IMG/VR virus record: IMGVR_UViG_2537562091_000008
Span: 1 to 8,862 of that record
DNA: 8,862 bases
Reading direction: 5' to 3' (one strand)
Origin: a virus
Lineage: Duplodnaviria; Heunggongvirae; Uroviricota; Caudoviricetes
This document shows positions 1-5,569 of this stretch, in pieces (within the stretch, counting starts at the first letter, position 1; each line of letters opens with the position of its first letter). The translations under genes and the position numbers were made by a program. The notes beneath the pieces are model-generated. The model worked only from the letters and a program-made list of their open reading frames with translations, made no database searches and was not told the DNA's origin.

Positions 1-933
1 ATGGACAACGACAAAATTGATCAACACAGCGACGAAATTGAAGTTGAGAGCGAAGAAAAAGAGCGCGGCAAAAAAATAGAAATAGATGAAGACCGACTCC
101 CCTCCCGGGCGATGGCAATTCATGAGCATATCCGCCAGGATGGTGAAAAAGAGCTGGAACGCGACGCAATGGCGCTACTGTGGTCAGCCATTGCGGCGGG
201 TCTGTCGATGGGCGCTTCGTTACTGGCAAAAGGGATATTTCATGTCGAACTGGAAGGTGTGCCGGGCAGCTTCTTGCTGGAGAATCTCGGTTATACCTTT
301 GGTTTTATTATCGTCATTATGGCCCGCCAGCAATTATTTACCGAAAATACCGTGACTGCGGTACTACCCGTCATGCAAAAACCGACAATGAGCAACGTCG
401 GCTTACTTATACGGTTATGGGGCGTCGTGCTGCTGGGTAATATTCTCGGGACAGGTATTGCGGCGTGGGCATTTGAATATATGCCTATCTTCAATGAAGA
501 AACTCGCGATGCATTTGTCAAAATCGGCATGGATGTGATGAAGAACACCCCCAGCGAGATGTTTGCCAACGCGATCATTTCCGGCTGGCTGATCGCCACT
601 ATGGTTTGGATGTTTCCTGCAGCGGGTGCGGCAAAGATTGTGGTGATTATATTGATGACCTGGCTTATTGCCCTGGGTGACACCACCCATATCGTGGTCG
701 GTTCTGTTGAAATCCTCTATCTGGTGTTTAACGGTACGCTGCACTGGAGCGATTTCATCTGGCCCTTCGCACTACCTACTTTAGCGGGGAACATCTGCGG
801 CGGCACCTTTATCTTCGCGTTAATGAGTCATGCACAGATTCGTAACGACATGAGCAATAAGCGTAAAGCAGAAGCACGCCAAAAAGCAGAACGTGCGGAA
901 AACATTAAGAAAAATTATAAAAACCCGGCATAA
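1..933 (+). CDS. yfdC: Formate/nitrite transporter (FNT) family inner-membrane protein YfdC
   Basis: Complete 310-aa ORF, ATG at 1 to TAA at 931-933. Long hydrophobic segments typical of a polytopic membrane protein and a lysine-rich C-terminal tail. Sequence recognised from memory as E. coli YfdC, the gene immediately upstream of argW. Confidence 0.85.
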   Translation: MDNDKIDQHSDEIEVESEEKERGKKIEIDEDRLPSRAMAIHEHIRQDGEKELERDAMALLWSAIAAGLSMGASLLAKGIFHVELEGVPGSFLLENLGYTFGFIIVIMARQQLFTENTVTAVLPVMQKPTMSNVGLLIRLWGVVLLGNILGTGIAAWAFEYMPIFNEETRDAFVKIGMDVMKNTPSEMFANAIISGWLIATMVWMFPAAGAAKIVVIILMTWLIALGDTTHIVVGSVEILYLVFNGTLHWSDFIWPFALPTLAGNICGGTFIFALMSHAQIRNDMSNKRKAEARQKAERAENIKKNYKNPA

Positions 934-968
934 ATGGCGAGGGTTTAAGCAATCGAGCGGCAGCGTAC

Positions 969-997
969 TTACCCCGCACTCCATTAGCGGGTATACT
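969..997 (+). promoter_or_regulatory. Candidate sigma70 promoter for argW (-35 TTACCC 969-974, 17-nt spacer, -10 TATACT 992-997)
   Basis: Hexamers read directly from the sequence; the -10 element sits about 11 nt upstream of the mature tRNA 5' end at 1009. Motif-level prediction only. Confidence 0.3.
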
Positions 998-1008
998 CAT
1001 GCCGCATT

Positions 1009-1083
1009 GTCCTCTTAGTTAAATGGATATAACGAGCCCCTCCTAAGGGCTAATTGCAGGTTCGATTCCTGCAGGGGACACCA
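1009..1083 (+). tRNA. argW: tRNA-Arg (anticodon CCU), argW
   Basis: 75-nt cloverleaf: acceptor stem GTCCTCT/AGGGGAC, anticodon stem AGCCC/GGGCT with loop CTCCTAA (anticodon CCT), T-arm GGTTCGATTCC, encoded 3' CCA at 1081-1083. Matches the argW sequence as I recall it. Confidence 0.9.
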
Positions 1084-1178
1084 TTTATCAGTTCGCTCCC
1101 ATCCGTACCAGTCCGCAAAATCCCCTGAATATCAAGCCTTCTGTAGATGCACAGTTCGTAATGGTTCGCGTCAGATCG

Positions 1179-1244
1179 TTGACAGCCGCACTCCATGACG
1201 GGTAAAAAGTGGATAAAATAATTTTACCCACCGGATTTTTACCC
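1179..1244 (+). promoter_or_regulatory. Candidate integrase promoter/operator: consensus -35 TTGACA (1179-1184) plus three copies of an 8-bp motif immediately upstream of the int start
   Basis: TTGACA at 1179-1184; possible -10 TAAAAA at 1203-1208 (18-nt spacer, weak). Perfect inverted repeat GGGTAAAA (1200-1207) / TTTTACCC (1222-1229) with a further direct copy TTTTACCC at 1237-1244 abutting the ATG at 1245. Confidence 0.3.
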
Positions 1245-2402
1245 ATGCTCACCGTTAAGCAGATTGAAGCAGCAAAGCCGAAAGAAAAACCATACCGCCT
1301 TCTCGATGGTAATGGCCTGTACCTTTATGTCCCTGTATCAGGGAAAAAGGTATGGCAGCTTCGCTACAAGATTGACGGTAAGGAGAAAATCCTGACCGTC
1401 GGAAAATATCCGCTTATGACTTTGCAGGAGGCAAGGGATAAAGCATGGACTGCGAGGAAAGACATCTCGGTTGGCATCGATCCGGTAAAAGCAAAAAAGG
1501 CTTCGTCTAACAACAATTCCTTTAGCGCCATTTACAAGGAATGGTACGAGCACAAGAAGCAAGTCTGGTCTGTAGGTTATGCTACTGAACTTGCCAGAAT
1601 GTTTGATGACGACATTTTACCTATCATCGGCGGCCTTGAAATTCAAGATATTGAGCCGATGCAACTGCTGGAAGTAATCCGCAGATTTGAAGAGCGCGGG
1701 GCAATGGAGAGAGCCAATAAAGCCCGCAGAAGATGCGGAGAGGTTTTCCGTTACGCTATTGTCACCGGCAGGGCTAAATATAACCCAGCACCTGACCTTG
1801 CTGACGCCATGAAGGGATACCGCAAGAAGAACTTCCCGTTTCTTCCTGCAGACCAGATCACGGCATTTAACAAAGCACTGGCAACATTTTCAGGAAGTAT
1901 CGTATCGCTCATTGCCACCAAGGTTTTACGCTACACAGCCCTAAGAACGAAAGAGCTTCGTTCCATGCTATGGAAGAACGTCGATTTTGAAAACAGGATT
2001 ATCACCATCGACGCCAGTGTGATGAAGGGCCGCAAGATTCATGTAGTGCCGATGTCAGACCAGGTGGTTGAACTTCTCACTACGCTAAGCTCAATCACCA
2101 AACCAGTATCAGAGTTTGTTTTTGCCGGGCGCAACGATAAGAAGAAGCCAATCTGCGAGAACGCGGTACTGCTTGTGATTAAACAAATCGGCTATGAAGG
2201 TCTGGAAAGCGGTCACGGATTCAGGCATGAATTCAGCACGATTATGAACGAGCACGAATGGCCTGCCGACGCCATTGAAGTGCAACTGGCACATGCCAAC
2301 GGCGGATCTGTGCGTGGGATTTACAACCATGCACAGTATCTCGATAAGCGCAGAGAAATGATGCAGTGGTGGGCAGATTGGATTGATGAAAAGGTGGAGT
2401 AA
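1245..2402 (+). CDS. intS: Prophage tyrosine integrase (CPS-53/KpLE1 IntS-like, P4-family)
   Basis: 385-aa product starting MLTVKQIEAAKPKEKPYRLLDGNGLYLYV, recognised as E. coli IntS. Tyrosine-recombinase catalytic region present (HGFRHEF ... RGIYNHAQY). Lies about 160 bp downstream of argW in the same orientation, as at the K-12 argW-intS locus. The six-frame ORF extends to a GTG at 1209 (12 extra residues); the ATG at 1245 is preferred on homology but has no obvious Shine-Dalgarno. Confidence 0.9.
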   Translation: MLTVKQIEAAKPKEKPYRLLDGNGLYLYVPVSGKKVWQLRYKIDGKEKILTVGKYPLMTLQEARDKAWTARKDISVGIDPVKAKKASSNNNSFSAIYKEWYEHKKQVWSVGYATELARMFDDDILPIIGGLEIQDIEPMQLLEVIRRFEERGAMERANKARRRCGEVFRYAIVTGRAKYNPAPDLADAMKGYRKKNFPFLPADQITAFNKALATFSGSIVSLIATKVLRYTALRTKELRSMLWKNVDFENRIITIDASVMKGRKIHVVPMSDQVVELLTTLSSITKPVSEFVFAGRNDKKKPICENAVLLVIKQIGYEGLESGHGFRHEFSTIMNEHEWPADAIEVQLAHANGGSVRGIYNHAQYLDKRREMMQWWADWIDEKVE

Positions 2403-2411
2403 TGCCACCCA

Positions 2412-2729
2412 TCACACCACCACGCCATCCTGCAGCGCGCTGTTGATGAAGTACGTAACACGCCCCATCACCTCCACCTCTTCCGCCGCCTCCACTTCGA
2501 TCGCTTCACCATCATCCGTGATTAATGCCCTTCCCATCACTCTGGCAAATTGCGTTCTGCCGCCGGACAAAATCAGCAGAACCTGATTCTGAACCAGCCT
2601 GGTGCACGGCTGGGACGGAAGTCGCTGTCGTTCTCAAAATCGGTGGAGTTGCATGACAAAGTCATCGGGCATTATCTGAACATAAAACACTATCAGTAAG
2701 TTGGAGTCATTACCGACAATGCGCAGGAA
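2412..2729 (-). pseudogene. Decayed coding remnant convergent with intS (one in-frame TGA, no credible start codon)
   Basis: Minus-strand frame reads [31 protein letters not shown]-[TGA at 2634-2636][73 protein letters not shown], ending at TGA 2412-2414, only 10 bp from the intS stop. Protein-like composition, but interrupted and in a different frame from the ORF fragment upstream of it. Confidence 0.2.
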
Positions 2730-2899
2730 TCACGAAACTCGTTCAGATCAGGCTTATTACCATCGACTTTAACGGCAGTATTTGGCTTAAAATAAAAACC
2801 AGCGCCCCACCCGTTACCGCGCACTTCAATAATGGCAATGCTGTTAATTCATTTAACCTCTCCACCGTCAAATTTGAAAGCACCGCTTTCTGTTTTCAT
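2693..2899 (-). pseudogene. Small ORF interrupted by an in-frame TGA, translationally coupled to the upstream 61-aa ORF
   Basis: ATG at 2899-2897 lies 1 nt after the TAA of the 61-aa ORF and is preceded by GGAG (spacer about 10 nt). Reads MKTESGAFKFDGGEVK-[TGA 2849-2851][51 protein letters not shown], stop TGA at 2693-2695. Missed by the ORF track because of the internal stop. Confidence 0.3.
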
Positions 2900-2900
2900 T

Positions 2901-3086
2901 TTAATCATTCTCCGTAACAGGTTCATTGTGAGCAGCATTTAGTACTCGCTGGAGTGGCTGGTCATTTTCGCGATCTAATTCAGCCTGTAATGTATTCATT
3001 GAAGAATTAAAAGCAGGAACTTCATGACCGCTAAGATTTACGCGAAGCATAAACTGCATGATATTTTGAATAGTTTGCTTATCCAT
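2901..3086 (-). CDS. Hypothetical small acidic protein (61 aa) immediately downstream of the tailspike gene
   Basis: ORF MDKQTIQNIMQFMLRVNLSGHEVPAFNSSMNTLQAELDRENDQPLQRVLNAAHNEPVTEND. Good Shine-Dalgarno (AGGA, 7-nt spacer) before the ATG at 3086-3084. Starts 12 nt after the tailspike stop, consistent with co-transcription. No family recognised. Confidence 0.5.
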   Translation of the reverse strand: MDKQTIQNIMQFMLRVNLSGHEVPAFNSSMNTLQAELDRENDQPLQRVLNAAHNEPVTEND

Positions 3087-3098
3087 TTTATTGTCCTG

Positions 3099-4535
3099 TT
3101 AAGTTAAACCAATTAATCCATGCCCGGTTGAAGCATGTAAGTCCTGAATTAATGCTGCAACCACCTTTGCTAAATCTTCGTGAGTTATTGTTCCAGAGTT
3201 AAATGCTGCTCGGGATACGGTGCCGGTTGGCGATCCCCATCCCGTCCTCCTCTCTGAAATAACTTGATTGCCATTAAGTCGTATTCTTAAGTTGTTGAAG
3301 TTAGCCCAGTTTTCAGCCCTGTTGAAACTCAAATGTGTTGTATTTGCCGGGCCCGTTCCTACCGTAATTCGTTGATTGTCGCCCATCAAAATTGCGCAGT
3401 TGTTTGAAAATCCAGCTTCAGAAAATGAAATTCCACTCCTAAAATAATTTGTTCTAAATCTAATGCCGTTTGCAGCTCTAGATGATAGAGATCCCTCAAG
3501 TCTGATGTATTCGCCATTACCTACCTCGGTTAGTTCCTCTGTTGGAGTGGAAATAGAATTACCTCTAAACAACATTCCTGTCCAGATATAACCATTTGGA
3601 GCTTCACTCCCTCTTCCGATGGTAATCATCTGTGTTACTGGATTGCTTTTATCCTGAGTTACACATACCAACCCTCTTACAGATCCTTGCAGTGTATTCT
3701 CCATCCATCCTTTATCGGGACCTCGATTATTCAGATTAAATTCATGTGCAATAGTGCTAATCGCTCCATTCTGCACTGCATCTCCTAATACGGCACCATA
3801 TGACCACCCCCCCCATGTTTCGGCTTGCGGATTTCTTGATTCTCCACGCATGTGGTGACCAATTGAATGCCCATTCCCGCCCTCATGCTTAGCAACACTT
3901 GTAGTTGTGCATGTATATGCACTTCCTGACACCTTGCGCAAAGAGTTATAAATTACCCCCTGATCCCATCGTTTGATGCCGTCATCCCTAGTTGCAGAAC
4001 TAATTTTTTCCAGCCAAATAATGGGATCTGGAATTGGTGTTTCTGGTATGGAGAATCTCTGTCGTGTAGCATTTTTATATATGATAGTTTCATTGTTATA
4101 AATATTGTCACCAGCTGCATCTGAACCAGTCCATCCTGAGCCAGCATAAAAATTATTAAGTCCATCACCAGACTGTCCAGTCAAAACTACTCTTAACTGA
4201 TCCGGGTCATACTTCAGCACATTCGGAAAATAGAACTGATGCGCACCGTACGCATCATAAACAGCCATAGAATGGCCTTGCACGGTAACGAACTTGGCAA
4301 TCTGTCCGTTATATACCGGATATCCAGCAGCGTTAATGATGATTGGTTGAGAAACAGGAATGTGAGAACCGTCTTCGTTCTCTACATAAACCTGAATCTG
4401 GTTTTCAGGGTTTACCGGGTCAGTGTCAATTTTACCGATATAAATTTTGCCATTGGCTACGGCTTTAAAAGAACGAGCCATAGTGAAGAGTTGCGAAGGC
4501 ATGCTTACCACAACATTTGCGGTGATATCTGACAT
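3099..4535 (-). CDS. Phage tailspike protein: P22 gp9-like head-binding N-terminal domain fused to a divergent receptor-binding domain
   Basis: N-terminal ~115 aa ([97 protein letters not shown]...NVLKYDPDQ) align closely with the P22 tailspike head-binding domain as I recall it; the remaining ~360 aa are unrelated to the P22 endorhamnosidase body. Start set at ATG 4535-4533 (GGAG 7 nt upstream) rather than the upstream ATG at 4583. Visibly AT-rich relative to neighbours. Confidence 0.85.
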   Translation of the reverse strand: MSDITANVVVSMPSQLFTMARSFKAVANGKIYIGKIDTDPVNPENQIQVYVENEDGSHIPVSQPIIINAAGYPVYNGQIAKFVTVQGHSMAVYDAYGAHQFYFPNVLKYDPDQLRVVLTGQSGDGLNNFYAGSGWTGSDAAGDNIYNNETIIYKNATRQRFSIPETPIPDPIIWLEKISSATRDDGIKRWDQGVIYNSLRKVSGSAYTCTTTSVAKHEGGNGHSIGHHMRGESRNPQAETWGGWSYGAVLGDAVQNGAISTIAHEFNLNNRGPDKGWMENTLQGSVRGLVCVTQDKSNPVTQMITIGRGSEAPNGYIWTGMLFRGNSISTPTEELTEVGNGEYIRLEGSLSSRAANGIRFRTNYFRSGISFSEAGFSNNCAILMGDNQRITVGTGPANTTHLSFNRAENWANFNNLRIRLNGNQVISERRTGWGSPTGTVSRAAFNSGTITHEDLAKVVAALIQDLHASTGHGLIGLT

Positions 4536-4656
4536 TTCATTGCTCCAGACGAATGATATGATGCAACCATGATGTGATTGCATACCGAAATGGTACTATT
4601 GAGTATTTATCCAGTAGGTTACGATGCCATTCCACCCAACTGGTGAGGCATCAAGG
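4536..4656. promoter_or_regulatory. Divergent control region between the tailspike and mnt genes, with a candidate operator (inverted repeat ATGCAA-N11-TTGCAT, 4561-4583)
   Basis: 121-bp gap between divergent start codons. Inverted repeat read directly. A plausible plus-strand promoter for mnt (-35 TTGCAT 4578-4583, 17-nt spacer, -10 GAGTAT 4601-4606) overlaps the repeat. Contains a TAGGT motif (4614-4618) that resembles part of the P22 mnt operator half-site as I recall it. Confidence 0.3.
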
Positions 4657-4923
4657 ATGTACAGCAAATACGACGAGGCGCAGTTTCACTTGAGACTTCC
4701 GCATGAACTCCACGCGAAAATTAAGCAGCGTGCGAAGATGAATAACAGGTCGCTGAACTCAGAGATAATTGCAGCGATTGAAGAATCATTGGCTAAACAA
4801 AGCTCTGCATCTGTTTACATTGACGATGCAGAGCGTATGGCAGAACAACAATCTGAGATGGTTAAGAAAATTGTCTTTGATACGCTTAAGACCATGTATA
4901 GCAATAATAAAAAGGAAACATAG
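4657..4923 (+). CDS. mnt: Mnt-like ribbon-helix-helix transcriptional repressor (P22 immI-type)
   Basis: 88-aa product MYSKYDEAQFHLRLPHELHAKIKQRAKMNNRSLNSEIIAAIEESLAKQSSASVYIDDAERMAEQQSEMVKKIVFDTLKTMYSNNKKET, closely parallel to P22 Mnt as recalled (FNFRMPMEVREKLKFRAEANGRSMNSELLQIVQDALSK ... NDAERLADEQSELVKKMVFDTLK). Alternative upstream ATG at 4624 would add 11 residues. Confidence 0.8.
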   Translation: MYSKYDEAQFHLRLPHELHAKIKQRAKMNNRSLNSEIIAAIEESLAKQSSASVYIDDAERMAEQQSEMVKKIVFDTLKTMYSNNKKET

Positions 4924-4993
4924 AAATCTAGTTTCCGGCTAAAATGGCATTGCCTTCATGATATCCTGTGAAAAACTAAGGAGAGTTAACCAT

Positions 4994-5479
4994 ATGAAAA
5001 AATCACTGTTAATTATCCCGCTTCTGCTGGTTGGATGCGCAAAAGTAAGTGACTATCAAGCAAGTTGCGAACAACGCTATCAAAAGCTTAGCGATATGGC
5101 TAATTGCCTTGATGCCAGTGTGAAGAACGACTCACGCATGGCATCAGCACCAACACCTAAGCTGTATGTCCTTGCTGCAAAGATGCTCGGGCAAGGTGTC
5201 GATGAAGGCAAGATAAGTGACGCACAGGCAAGACTTGAGCTTCAGAATCTTTATGTTCAATTACAAAGCCAAGAACAAGCCCAACAAATAGCACAAAGCC
5301 AAGCATTCCAGCAGGCTTTATTGAATTATCAGGCTGTAAACACAATGCAAGCGATCGAGCAAAAAGCGCGCCAGCCTGTTATAACTCAACCTTACCCAAC
5401 ACGCGTTGACACTTACACAAACTGCAATTCAGGGTTTGGAAATACAGTCACATGCAACAGTAGCAGTAACATCAGATAA
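4994..5479 (+). CDS. Prophage-encoded lipoprotein (candidate superinfection-exclusion / lysogenic-conversion protein)
   Basis: ATG at 4994 preceded by AAGGAG (4978-4983). N-terminus MKKSLLIIPLLLVGC is a type II signal peptide with lipobox LVGC; the residue after Cys is Ala. Mature part has a Cys-rich N-terminal segment, a Gln-rich predicted helical segment (QNLYVQLQSQEQAQQIAQSQAFQQALLNYQAVNTMQAIEQKARQ) and a C-terminal Cys pair. Same strand as and 70 bp downstream of mnt. Confidence 0.65.
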   Translation: MKKSLLIIPLLLVGCAKVSDYQASCEQRYQKLSDMANCLDASVKNDSRMASAPTPKLYVLAAKMLGQGVDEGKISDAQARLELQNLYVQLQSQEQAQQIAQSQAFQQALLNYQAVNTMQAIEQKARQPVITQPYPTRVDTYTNCNSGFGNTVTCNSSSNIR

Positions 5480-5569
5480 CAATCAGCAAAGGTATCGCCT
5501 ATGCAGAGGAATACGATAAACCTCGCGTTCTACATATTTGGTTTTTGCACGTTCCTGGTGTTTGAAAGG

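Noticed and set aside
86-744. Several ORFs of 86-131 aa on both strands overlapping yfdC (86-355, 180-440, 291-686, 415-744)
   Set aside because: They lie entirely inside the well-supported yfdC reading frame, have no ribosome-binding sites, and their products are low-complexity or Cys/Arg-rich, typical of out-of-frame and antisense translation.
1338-2408. Minus-strand ORFs of 74 and 99 aa inside intS
   Set aside because: Antisense to a confidently identified integrase gene, with no independent support.
2433-2442. 10-bp palindrome CAGCGCGCTG just downstream of intS
   Set aside because: Perfect palindrome with no loop and no following T-run; too short to call a terminator or binding site.
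2383-2586. Plus-strand 67-aa ORF overlapping the intS stop
   Set aside because: Ser/Thr/Pro-rich low-complexity product, starts inside intS, no Shine-Dalgarno. The minus-strand frames over the same DNA look more protein-like.
2634-2851. Selenocysteine recoding at the two in-frame TGA codons
   Set aside because: No evident SECIS-like hairpin immediately downstream of either TGA, and selenoproteins are not expected in a prophage cargo region; nonsense mutation is the simpler explanation.
3953-4532. ORFs of 71 aa (minus strand) and 97 aa (plus strand) overlapping the tailspike gene
   Set aside because: One is out of frame on the same strand and the other is antisense to the tailspike coding sequence; AT-rich sequence produces such open frames by chance.
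4536-4583. 16-codon N-terminal extension of the tailspike ORF ([16 protein letters not shown])
   Set aside because: Similarity to the P22 tailspike begins exactly at the internal MSDITANV, and the GGAG ribosome-binding site lies inside the extension, 7 nt before the ATG at 4535.
4958-4993. Upstream ATG giving a 173-aa version of the lipoprotein
   Set aside because: No ribosome-binding site, and it would place 12 polar residues ahead of the signal peptide. The ATG at 4994 has AAGGAG upstream and yields a canonical lipoprotein signal.
5480-5569. Rho-independent terminator between the convergent lipoprotein and gp16-like genes
   Set aside because: A T-run is present (around 5541-5547) but I could not identify a convincing GC-rich stem-loop preceding it.
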